Source of the DNA: Escherichia coli
GTDB taxonomy: Bacteria > Pseudomonadota > Gammaproteobacteria > Enterobacterales > Enterobacteriaceae
Length of the DNA: 32,000 nt
NCBI RefSeq assembly: GCF_002863885.1
Contig: NZ_CP023673.1
Reading direction: 5' to 3' (one strand)
The notes beneath the pieces were generated by a model. That model saw only the letters and a program-made list of their open reading frames with translations, ran no database searches and was not told the origin of the DNA. Of this stretch, positions 23,353 through 31,868 are shown in pieces. Position 1 is the stretch's first letter. Each line of letters begins with the position of its first letter. A program made the position numbers and the translations under genes.

Positions 23353-23832
23353 TCAGTCGATGATGCGCATAATGGCGCTGCATTCCGGATGCTGCAGGGC
23401 ATAATCCCGCAGCCGGTAATAATGAACTGTCATGGCATAATTCTCTGTACGACAGGCGTGATGGCTGTACGCCATCAGACAGGCGGCAATGCCGGCGGCT
23501 TCCGGGCTCATTTCAGCGCGGTTACCGTTCATGGCATTGAACAGTACCCATGTTTCGTCATCATCGTCATCCGGTTCGGGTACCATAAATGCCCCGCCGT
23601 TGTTCAGGGTGTACAGATTCCAGATACCACCGCAGTAGTCTTCGCAAAGACGGTCCATCCAGCCGAAGACACGGGGCTCCAGGGTCACCCACTGTGGAAT
23701 GAGGCCAAAATGCTGCGGCCAGAAGCTGATGCGCTGTTCATCAGGGACTATGGTGGCAACAAGTCGGGACTGGTCACTCCCTGGTGCTGTGGCTGAAGAA
23801 AGAGCAGTTGTGTTCTGAGAAGCGATTTTCAT
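23353..23832 (-). CDS. Antirestriction protein, KlcA/ArdB/YfjX family
   Basis: ORF beginning MKIASQNTTALSSATAPGSDQSRLVATIVPDEQRISFWPQHFGLIPQWVTLEPRVFGWMDRLCEDYCGGIWNLYTLNNGGAFMVP. Confidence 0.9.
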   Translation of the reverse strand: MKIASQNTTALSSATAPGSDQSRLVATIVPDEQRISFWPQHFGLIPQWVTLEPRVFGWMDRLCEDYCGGIWNLYTLNNGGAFMVPEPDDDDDETWVLFNAMNGNRAEMSPEAAGIAACLMAYSHHACRTENYAMTVHYYRLRDYALQHPECSAIMRIID

Positions 23833-23925
23833 GAGTGAAATCCTTGTAATGTGAATAAATGAGAGGGAGTAAAGGTCGGGAGCTGGCAACATCACGTTCA
23901 TCACTGACCGTGAGACCCGGTAATA

Positions 23926-24171
23926 TCAGGGATGAATGATATTCGGCTGAAATTCCGGACAGCCGTATGCGTAACCGTTCCGGTCACAGACGGATGGCCA
24001 GATGCCATTGCCTGTACTCAGTCTGCACAGACTGATTTCTCCGGGACGGTAAAGCAGACGGGTACACCAGGCGCACAGGTCATCATCAGAAATGGAACGA
24101 CACCCCGGCAGCGCTTCCGGGGCGTCGGGGGATTCTGGTACCTGAATCACGCCTTCAGGGATATGTTTCAT
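23926..24171 (-). CDS. Conserved CP4-island hypothetical protein
   Basis: 81-aa ORF MKHIPEGVIQVPESPDAPEALPGCRSISDDDLCAWCTRLLYRPGEISLCRLSTGNG...; start overlaps the upstream DUF932 stop (ATGA). Confidence 0.7.
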   Translation of the reverse strand: MKHIPEGVIQVPESPDAPEALPGCRSISDDDLCAWCTRLLYRPGEISLCRLSTGNGIWPSVCDRNGYAYGCPEFQPNIIHP

Positions 24172-24989
24172 CAGCGCATACTCTCCAGCAGCGTTTCTGC
24201 CATCACCCACAATGCGCGGTTGAGCTTAATATCGGTGTCGATGCTGTGAATGGCACGGGTGTGGATACGTTTTCCTTTTGCACTGCGACCGGAAATCCCG
24301 CCTTTCAGCATATTCTCCTGGATGGTCTGATAAGCACTCCACAGGTCCTTACCGTAATCCTCCCGGCGTCGTGGCGTCAGAATGTCGGCGGTGGTGACGG
24401 GCTGATGTTCGTCACCATAACGGTAAGTCAGTGCCGCCTGTGCCAGCGCCTGGCGTGCCGGTGGCGGCAGAATTAGCGACTGCATGGCATCACGCTTTTC
24501 CTCAATCCGGTCAAAAACCCCCACCACCTCGTAAGCCCCTTCAATGACTCTGTCCACCACATTTCCCCGGTGCGGAACACGCACTTCCCCCAGAGACTGA
24601 CCACAGACGCATCCGTTCTGGCAGACGAACCTGAAGTAACCCGGCAGCATCTGGTAGCTGGAGGTACCGTCATGAGAGTTGAGCAGAATAATTTCAGGGA
24701 CATGTTCTCCGTTTATCTCTCCGGCCCGCCGCAGACGCAGCATGTGTTTTGTGTATCCCCGGCGGCCCGGGTCGCGCACACGGGTCTGGCAGGCGAAGAA
24801 TGGCTGAAAGCCTTCCCGCTGCAGGCTTTCCAGTACGGTGATGGTGGGGATGTACGTATAGTTCTGGCTTCGGGACGTGTGTTTATCTTCCCCGAAAATC
24901 CCCGGCACATAGTGCATCAGTTCTTCGTGTGTCAGCGGACGGTCACGGCGTATCTGGTTCGCATAACCAAAACGACTGGCTAGTCGCAT
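24171..24989 (-). CDS. DUF932 protein (YafZ/YfjQ/YkfF-region family)
   Basis: 272-aa ORF MRLASRFGYANQIRRDRPLTHEELMHYVPGIFGEDKHTSRSQNYTYIPTITVLESLQREGFQPFFACQTRVRD... Confidence 0.9.
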   Translation of the reverse strand: MRLASRFGYANQIRRDRPLTHEELMHYVPGIFGEDKHTSRSQNYTYIPTITVLESLQREGFQPFFACQTRVRDPGRRGYTKHMLRLRRAGEINGEHVPEIILLNSHDGTSSYQMLPGYFRFVCQNGCVCGQSLGEVRVPHRGNVVDRVIEGAYEVVGVFDRIEEKRDAMQSLILPPPARQALAQAALTYRYGDEHQPVTTADILTPRRREDYGKDLWSAYQTIQENMLKGGISGRSAKGKRIHTRAIHSIDTDIKLNRALWVMAETLLESMR

Positions 24990-25209
24990 AATTTGCTCCT
25001 TATCGGTGGTTAAGATTTACTGGTGCAATAAATGAAAAAAGCCGCATCTCCCGGAGAAGACGCGGCCTGACGGGTGAAATGAATAAGGTTTATTGTCTGA
25101 GAAGCCTTTCACTGGCGAGCCACGCATTAAGCGGCTTTCCGGTAACAATGGCCGAGGCTGTATTTACCTTTGATATTAATAATGTGCAGAGAAACGCATG
25201 GTTTACTCC

Positions 25210-25620
25210 TCAGATTTTAAGTTTGTCCAGAGCCACAACGACAGGTTTTCCGGATGTGTCAATGACTCCTACCGTCGATACGCCATTTTTGATTTCGAAG
25301 AACGGTTTGTTGCTACCTGAGCACAGTTGATTGTCCCCGTATTCAATCATTTGTGCTTTCCCGGTTTTCAGGTTAAGTACCGAGACAGTGTAGTCGTAGC
25401 ACCAGGCACCGCCACGTTCAAGCACGAAAACATAGCTGTTATCTTTATAGTTGAACTGATTCTTTGTCTGGCAATTCATACCGTCAATTTCGGTACAGGA
25501 AAACGCTTCTGTAGTATTAACGTATTTGATGTTATTTGGCAGTTTTACTTGTTTCGCAGTAGCGAAGACAGAAAACAGAATAGTTACAGCAACGAGTAAA
25601 GTTTTGATAAAAGTTTTCAT
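25210..25620 (-). CDS. Secreted/periplasmic protein of unknown function
   Basis: 136-aa ORF with signal peptide MKTFIKTLLVAVTILFSVFATAKQ and a mature domain containing four Cys residues. Confidence 0.7.
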   Translation of the reverse strand: MKTFIKTLLVAVTILFSVFATAKQVKLPNNIKYVNTTEAFSCTEIDGMNCQTKNQFNYKDNSYVFVLERGGAWCYDYTVSVLNLKTGKAQMIEYGDNQLCSGSNKPFFEIKNGVSTVGVIDTSGKPVVVALDKLKI

Positions 25621-25635
25621 GACAGACTCCTTAAA

Positions 25636-26124
25636 TTAGTTAACCGCAGCTACGTAGTTTTTCACCAGATACGCGAATTCATGGACACCAATTTCGCCGA
25701 ACCAAACCAGGTAGGCCGGGTCATCTAAACCATAGTAGCGGTAGCCAACGACTTCATGGGTTTTTGGGTTATAGAGTGTTACGATAAAGTCCCAGCCGCA
25801 AGTATTGGCTTTGCAGCCGTCACCCTGGAGCCAGACCGTACCATTAATGGTTACTGGCGTGATACCTCCGCCAGGGCCATCCATATAGCCGCCTTTACCG
25901 AACATGCCGTTTAATCCAACAGGGTTTAATGCTTTGTCGACAGCAGCTTTGTAGGTAGAGTCACCTTCGTACAACTCGTGTGTTGATGGACACGCCCCAG
26001 GTTGTTCAGCCCAGGCTTCCGGGTTACAACTAAGGGCTTGCTTCACGGTAGCCGCTTCTGCGTTAAAGTTAAAGCCTGTAAACAGAATAGCCACAAAGAA
26101 CATCAGGGTATGTAAACGTTTCAT
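25636..26124 (-). CDS. Periplasmic Ivy-family-like lysozyme inhibitor homologue
   Basis: From ATG 26124: MKRLHTLMFFVAILFTGFNFNAEA signal peptide, then ...GDGCKANTCGWDFIVTLYNPKTHEVVGYRYYG..., resembling the Ivy region around CKPHDCGSQRIAVMW. Similarity judged by eye. Confidence 0.6.
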   Translation of the reverse strand: MKRLHTLMFFVAILFTGFNFNAEAATVKQALSCNPEAWAEQPGACPSTHELYEGDSTYKAAVDKALNPVGLNGMFGKGGYMDGPGGGITPVTINGTVWLQGDGCKANTCGWDFIVTLYNPKTHEVVGYRYYGLDDPAYLVWFGEIGVHEFAYLVKNYVAAVN

Positions 26125-26414
26125 TGTAAATATTCTTCCGTTGTAAATGGCGCTGGAAAATTTCTCATCAGTGAAACCTTCCGGAAGTTTCCACCCCTTG
26201 TATGATGTATATCGCCAGTATTTTATTTCATCCCGGCTGTAATTTTTATATTCCCCGGCACGTGCAATAACGCTGACCAGAGATATAAGGCTCATTAATA
26301 ACTTTACAGGTAATTTCATAATTAAATTTCCAGTGAGTGAATTGACAGGTGAGGGGTAAAACTTTCTCTCAGGTAATATATATCTGAAAATATTTTCAAT
26401 AACACCACAGGAAA

Positions 26415-26438
26415 AACACCACCACAGGCGGTGGCGTT
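26415..26438 (-). terminator. Intrinsic terminator after the patatin gene
   Basis: AACACCACC/GGTGGCGTT stem (one G-U-type pair), 6-nt loop; minus-strand transcript continues into a UUUUU run. Confidence 0.75.
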
Positions 26439-26452
26439 TCTCCGGAGCGTCT

Positions 26453-27523
26453 TTATTTAAGTCGGGCCATCGCGTTTCTCAGTGCCGAATCTGCACCTTC
26501 AGTTATATCCAGGCTTTTCTGCAATACCGCCTCTGACCGGGTCAGTGCCTGACGTGCCGCCAGTGGTTTCCGGATATGCTCCATCGTCAGCATCGTGTCT
26601 TCATAGCCCTGCTGACGCCAGGTGTCGGTATGTGCCGATGTAAAACTGAGCAGACCGCCACTTTTGCCTTCTTCCCCTGTTTGTTTCAGCTTTTTCCGGG
26701 GACGGATTTCAAGGATTGTGGTGTCCGGAAAAGCCCGACGATCCCATAAAGAACCGTCACTCAGATGCGACACAATCACCATATTGCATCCGGCATCCAC
26801 CAGTGGCGTCACAGGGGTATTCCCCTGCATATTTTGCCATCCGCCCATACCACCATCACCGTACATTTTTCCCTGTACCTCACGGGGACTGAACAGCAGG
26901 GGCAGTGCTGCTGACGCCAGTAAGGCTTCTTTCTGCTGCCCGCGGGGCAGGCTCTGGATATGCTGAAAAACGGAGTTTTTTGTAGTTCCGGCACCCAGTT
27001 CAGCACGAATGCAGTCGATAATATCCTGCACTCCCCCTTCCGTGGGGTACAGCGACACATACAACGGTAGCCCGTCTGACAGAGCATCAGTATCAAGATA
27101 ATGATCCATCAGCCCTGTCAGGGGTCCATCTGACAACAACGGCTGAGCCATCGGGTTTTCGAACCCGTTGATTGTCGATATATGGTGAAGAAGCGTCGTA
27201 AGCAGTGCGCCCGCACGTCCGGGGAGCTGGCAGAGGTTCATGGCCGGGAGCAGTTTTTTCAGCAATGAAAAGTAAACCGATCGGTTTACCGACAGAACCT
27301 GATTCTCTCCCAGATGCTTCCAGAGAGCCTCCAGGCGTGCGGCGGCTTCTGACAGGTCGGGAGAGGCTGCGATAATGGCACCATTAAGAGCCCCGATACT
27401 GGCCCCTGAGACCATGCTGATCTGTGTACCGCACTCGGCCAGTGCCTTAATCACTCCCGCCTGGTAAGCCCCCACAGCTCCACCGCCGGACAGCACCAGC
27501 CCCGTTTTCATTTCTGTACTCAT
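26453..27523 (-). CDS. Patatin-like phospholipase
   Basis: 356-aa ORF with oxyanion motif SGGGAVGAYQAG, nucleophile elbow GASIG (Ser42) and catalytic Asp motif YGDGG. Confidence 0.93.
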   Translation of the reverse strand: MSTEMKTGLVLSGGGAVGAYQAGVIKALAECGTQISMVSGASIGALNGAIIAASPDLSEAAARLEALWKHLGENQVLSVNRSVYFSLLKKLLPAMNLCQLPGRAGALLTTLLHHISTINGFENPMAQPLLSDGPLTGLMDHYLDTDALSDGLPLYVSLYPTEGGVQDIIDCIRAELGAGTTKNSVFQHIQSLPRGQQKEALLASAALPLLFSPREVQGKMYGDGGMGGWQNMQGNTPVTPLVDAGCNMVIVSHLSDGSLWDRRAFPDTTILEIRPRKKLKQTGEEGKSGGLLSFTSAHTDTWRQQGYEDTMLTMEHIRKPLAARQALTRSEAVLQKSLDITEGADSALRNAMARLK

Positions 27524-28425
27524 GCCGCCCCCTTCTGAAATATTTCATCAACCATACTTTCAGAGAGGCGCTCTGCAGAGCAGAGACGGGGCATACGAAC
27601 CGGTAAGTGTTCTGCAGCCTGCGTGGTTGACCAGATCACCGGATGCCGCTCTTCACTGCACCAGTCCCCCAGCCAGTTAATCGCGTCATGCCACTCGTTA
27701 TCTGCCTGCTCCCGGCCCTGACCACCAAGCCAGTCCAGAGTGTTCAGACGCACGGTTGCACTACCGCCACTCTCCTGTGCCATCTGCGTTAATGCTTTAT
27801 GTCTGAGAATATCCAGTAACTGGTTAACCTGGCCTGTTTCACCCTGACGTATCACATCACCAAACGCGCCCCAGCGAAGCTCTTCAAGCACCACATAACA
27901 GCGTCCGGCAGGGGAAAATGACGCGTATCGCCCGGCGCTCCACCATGAGAATATCTGCTCAAGATGTAACTGTGCCCGCTGAACCTGGTCAACACGGTGG
28001 AGTTTTTCTTCAAGATGATTCAGTTTCTGGTGAACCTGATCGGCCAGGGTGAGTAACTGCTCCCGCGTGTCTGCCGAATAATGCGCCAGCCTGGCAGTAT
28101 CACTGACCAGTGAACTGACCCTGTCGTTTACCCGGGTAATTGCGTAGTTTGTGGTGGCAAGTGACGTTGTCATCTCCGTCAGCCAGCGCAGGGACGCCTC
28201 AACGCCCTGTGCAAGCGAAGCATTGATGGCATTCTGCCGTGCAGCGCCTTCGCCGGTCAGCCCCTCTTTTAAACGCCGGAAGAACGTGCGCTCTCCGGCC
28301 GTGCGGATATGCTCCTGTGCAACATCGATACCGTTTGCAAAATCAACCACAAATTTTTCAGGAAGGCAGGTGAGTACCTGACATACCCGGTTATCAGCAA
28401 TTTGTTGAATAAATGGTGAAGTCAC
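27520..28425 (-). CDS. RdcB/YjcZ-family protein (partner of the dynamin-like CrfC/YjdA)
   Basis: 301-aa ORF SPFIQQIADNRVCQVLTCLPEKFVVDFANGIDVAQEHIR...NAINASLAQGVEASLRWLTEMTTSLATTNYAITRVNDRVSSLVSDTARLAHYSADTREQLLTLADQ...LEELRWGAFGDVIR. Directly follows the CrfC-like gene, the same arrangement as I recall for the core yjdA-yjcZ pair. Confidence 0.82.
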   Translation of the reverse strand: MTSPFIQQIADNRVCQVLTCLPEKFVVDFANGIDVAQEHIRTAGERTFFRRLKEGLTGEGAARQNAINASLAQGVEASLRWLTEMTTSLATTNYAITRVNDRVSSLVSDTARLAHYSADTREQLLTLADQVHQKLNHLEEKLHRVDQVQRAQLHLEQIFSWWSAGRYASFSPAGRCYVVLEELRWGAFGDVIRQGETGQVNQLLDILRHKALTQMAQESGGSATVRLNTLDWLGGQGREQADNEWHDAINWLGDWCSEERHPVIWSTTQAAEHLPVRMPRLCSAERLSESMVDEIFQKGAA

Positions 28426-30806
28426 AGCATTGTCTCCAGCTCTTCCCTTAACGCCTTACTGTCAGTAATCAGCTCGGGAACCCTTTCATTTAATGCCTGA
28501 AGGCGCTCCGTAAGATGCTCCTGTGCCTGCTGATCGCGTTTATGATCTTCTGAGCTCTGAATGAGTGTGTTACGTAGCTGTTCGACTTTTTCCCTGAATG
28601 TACAGAAAAAATCATCGATCTCCTGGCGGACGGGCTGGTTAATATTCTGCTCAATGGATGCCTGCAACTCCCCGAAATATGCCCGGGTCAGTGACATCAC
28701 TTCCTTCCTGACCTTGTTCATATTGATCACGCTGCGGCTCACATCCACACTGTACTCTTTCCAGCCCCAGTCACTGGTGTTTGCCCATCGACAAAGCGTA
28801 CCCCAGACACCATCCTGTCGACGGCGACGGGTTACTGTCTCCGTTCTTTCCTCCATAAGCGCGCTCAGATTTGTTTGTACCGCGAGCCGGGTCTGTAACT
28901 GGCTGACTGCCGGAAAACTGATTTTTACCGTGAAGCCCTCATCCTCCAGTCGGGCATTGATGCGTCCGGCGATCTTTTCTGTGGCATACAGGGCCGTACC
29001 ACGAAAACCTGTTTCAATCCCCCTGACGATTTTTTCCAGTTCGGGCCGAAACTGTGCCTCAGCCTCACGGTGCAGGCTGGTCACGGTCGATTCGATTTGC
29101 GTCATCAGTTCAAGGGCTGCCCTGCGATCACTGAATTTTATTTCGGGGCTGTCCGGATCAAAGTCCCGCATCCTGTCATGCTGATTTCCGGTTCCGAAAA
29201 TATCGTGAAAGAAAGCGAATGCGTTTCTCTCCCGGGGCTGCGCTGAATTTTCTTCTTCCAGCATTTGCTGTTCTTTACGTTTACCGCTTCTGAAATAGTC
29301 GTTCAGCTCCTCCTCCAGTGAGGCACAGACCTTCGTCAGTAATTCCCCGGTTTTGGTATTGATGTCCTCCATGGCCATTCTGACATCACCGGTCACCTGA
29401 TTCTGACATTCCTCAATCTCCTGGATATCCGCCAGTAGGCTGGTAATATGCGCCTGCAGTGACTGAATGCTTTGCTGCAGCCCCTGATGGCGTAATGACA
29501 GATATTCGCTGACATTTTCCGCATTCTGCATCAGTTTTGCGGCGGCAGAATCAACCGCCAGTGCCGCCGCTCTGGAATGGGAGCTCTGTATGACTTCCGT
29601 TATCAGTTGATCGATAAGTGAGCCTTCCCACAGGTCTGTCGCCCCTTCAGTTGCCAGTTCGCTGTCTTTACAGACGTAATCTTTTTTCATGCGACCGAAG
29701 GCTTCCCTGACAAAATCATCGACCCAGGCTTCATCAACAGGAAGGGTTCCGTTTTTCCGTAACTCATGAAGCGCACGGTTAGCCAGGTACGCCTGACGTG
29801 AGGATCCGGGATAAACGCGGGAGGCGGGCAGCACATCGCTGTTCAGCATTGCCGGTACCTTCTGGCGTACGGCATCTGCTCCATCGCCATTGCGGTCTTT
29901 CTCATCAAATTTATTGACCAGCACAAACAGGCGGCCGGCTGATACGTCAGCAATGGCATTAAGCTCTTTACGGACGTCTTCATCCGCTTTTGAGTTCATC
30001 TGGGTGTAATCCATCACTGCCAGCACCGCGGAAGCTTTCTGCAGTTGATCCCGCATCATCACTTCCATCTGTGGCTGGCCGGCTTCATTAGGGCCGGGGG
30101 TATCCAGCAGTGTGAGTGTTCCCTGGCAGGCATCCATCCCCACCAGATGGCTGAATTCCACGTCGATCACCGGCAGTTTCTGCACTTCTGCGTATTCATC
30201 AAAAGGAAAGTCACTCCCCATTGCCGCAGCAAGACGAACCAGATCGTTTAACGATGCCAGTCCGGTAAAGATTTCCTCCTCCCCGTGGTATTCATTTTTG
30301 AGCCAGCCATCATCCGTCAGAATATCCAGTAGTTCGCGGGTATCCCCGGTTTGCTGCAGGGTCTGTGCGACCTGCTGTCCTGCCGGGGTGGCGAGTTTTT
30401 CCTGCAGTGTGATTAATAAATTGCGGACAGGCTGAGTATGTTCCAGATGGAGGACCGGCTCAGTTTTTCCAGGAACGTGTCGGATGAGTGTCGGAACAGA
30501 GGTCATGGGGCGGTTACGGTTGGGCAGAATTTCCTGCCCCACAATGGCGTTGATGGTGGTTGATTTACCTGCTTTCATCGTGCCGACAACAGCCAGCACC
30601 ATCTCCCTGCGGGCAGTTTTGATTTGTTCGCCCTCCAGCTCCTCAATCCTTTTCAGTGCTTTCTGTTTATCAAAAAGCAGTCCGTTTTCGTTCTTACTGT
30701 CAGATAACACATCCGGCTCATCAACCATTTGCCGGAGCAGATTGATGTTCAGTTGCAAAAGTCGGTCGGCTTCATCACAAAGCAGGGCGATGTTCTTTTC
30801 GTGCAT
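28422..30806 (-). CDS. Dynamin-like GTPase, CrfC/RdcA (YjdA) paralogue
   Basis: 794-aa ORF with G1 GTMKAGKST (Lys81), G3 LLDTPGPNEAGQP, G4 VLVNKFD, EILPNRNRPMTSVPTLIRH and a long helical C-terminal region resembling YjdA/CrfC. Confidence 0.92.
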   Translation of the reverse strand: MHEKNIALLCDEADRLLQLNINLLRQMVDEPDVLSDSKNENGLLFDKQKALKRIEELEGEQIKTARREMVLAVVGTMKAGKSTTINAIVGQEILPNRNRPMTSVPTLIRHVPGKTEPVLHLEHTQPVRNLLITLQEKLATPAGQQVAQTLQQTGDTRELLDILTDDGWLKNEYHGEEEIFTGLASLNDLVRLAAAMGSDFPFDEYAEVQKLPVIDVEFSHLVGMDACQGTLTLLDTPGPNEAGQPQMEVMMRDQLQKASAVLAVMDYTQMNSKADEDVRKELNAIADVSAGRLFVLVNKFDEKDRNGDGADAVRQKVPAMLNSDVLPASRVYPGSSRQAYLANRALHELRKNGTLPVDEAWVDDFVREAFGRMKKDYVCKDSELATEGATDLWEGSLIDQLITEVIQSSHSRAAALAVDSAAAKLMQNAENVSEYLSLRHQGLQQSIQSLQAHITSLLADIQEIEECQNQVTGDVRMAMEDINTKTGELLTKVCASLEEELNDYFRSGKRKEQQMLEEENSAQPRERNAFAFFHDIFGTGNQHDRMRDFDPDSPEIKFSDRRAALELMTQIESTVTSLHREAEAQFRPELEKIVRGIETGFRGTALYATEKIAGRINARLEDEGFTVKISFPAVSQLQTRLAVQTNLSALMEERTETVTRRRRQDGVWGTLCRWANTSDWGWKEYSVDVSRSVINMNKVRKEVMSLTRAYFGELQASIEQNINQPVRQEIDDFFCTFREKVEQLRNTLIQSSEDHKRDQQAQEHLTERLQALNERVPELITDSKALREELETML

Positions 30807-30863
30807 TATTTAACCTTCCTGAGACGCATTTTCATGACAACCACGGAGGAGGCCATTTATTAC

Positions 30864-30906
30864 AAACGATCGTTTATAACGATCGATGTGATAGTAACGA
30901 TCGTTT
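30864..30906. promoter_or_regulatory. Cluster of three operator-like palindromic sites upstream of the dynamin/RdcB/patatin operon
   Basis: AAACGATCGTTT (30864-30875), AACGATCGAT (30878-30887), TAACGATCGTTTA (30895-30907), 57 bp or more upstream of the first start codon. Confidence 0.6.
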
Positions 30907-31023
30907 AATTCTATTAACTTAAAAAACACTACGCAAGGGGACAACCCGGGTATGGCTGCGTTTGCATAGTGTTTTCATGGAGTTAAAAATCTGTAACAAC
31001 AGCCTGGTGCATCACCACCAGGT

Positions 31024-31868
31024 TCAGAAGAAAATCCGGTTCCATACCGCGCGGGCAACAGAGACCACGGTGTCACGAACAGCGCGCAGGGCCGTACGGA
31101 CAACAGAGGCAACACAGACGCTCTCCGCTGTGTCAAATATCCGGTCCACCGCACCGATAAACTGTTCACGGGCCTGAGAGCGGACAGACTCCGTGCGCAG
31201 CTCGTCCTGCAGTCGGGTCATCAGGGGACTGGCGGCATGGTCGGGAAGCGCTGTCATGAGCGCACTGACCAGCGTATCCGGCTCCCGGCCGGTGCGGGCC
31301 GAAACAGCCGGAATACCGCCTCCGTTTTTTCGCGAATGTTCTGTGCCTGTGCGGGAGAAGGCTGAATGCCGGCCATATCCCATTCATGGCAGGGTTCCGT
31401 TTTGTCAGCCTGCGTCACCACAAACAGCACCTGCTGATGTCCCCGGTGCAGGATGTGTCGCCAGAAATACTCATCCACAGACAGGGCCCGGTCATCGGCT
31501 TTAATCAGCCACAGCACCAGGTCCAGTTCAGGCAGAATGTCACGGTACAGGGCTTCAGACTCTGCATCCCTGTCCCGGCTCTCGCCCACCCCGGGCAGGT
31601 CAGTGATAACCATGCTGTGACCGTGACCACTCAGACGGAAGCGCCGTACTTCCCGGGTGCCGGCGTGAACATCACTGACCGGGGTGACCACCCCCTGAAA
31701 CAGTGCATTACAGAGTGAGGATTTACCGGCCCCGCTTTTACCCATAATGCCAATCACGGGTTCGTGACTGGTGAGTTTGCGCAGATGTTCCAGGATGTGA
31801 CGGGAAAGCGAGTAAGGCAGGGAGGAGAGCGGTTTTTCAATTGCCTCAATGGCATCAGACGGATTCAT
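31024..31868 (-). pseudogene. YeeP/YfjP-type island GTPase, frameshifted
   Basis: MNPSDAIEAIEKPLSSLPYSLSRHILEHLRKLTSHEPVIGIMGKSGAGKSSLCNALFQGV...DLPGVGES...TQADKTEP...AVFRLFRP, then the frame runs out (APAGSRIRWSVRS*). The expected C-terminus (VSARTGREPDTLVSALMTALPDHAASPLMTRLQDELRTESV...) continues in another minus-strand frame to 31024. Confidence 0.87.

Noticed and set aside
22573-23796. Large plus-strand ORFs (22573-22758, 22873-23796, 23932-24249) opposite the island backbone genes.
   Set aside because: Antisense shadows of well recognised genes (yeeT, radC-like, klcA-like).
28561-30813. Plus-strand ORFs opposite the dynamin-like gene (28561-29184, 30112-30435, 30484-30813).
   Set aside because: Ser/Arg-rich shadow ORFs; the minus-strand product has intact GTPase motifs and coupled neighbours.
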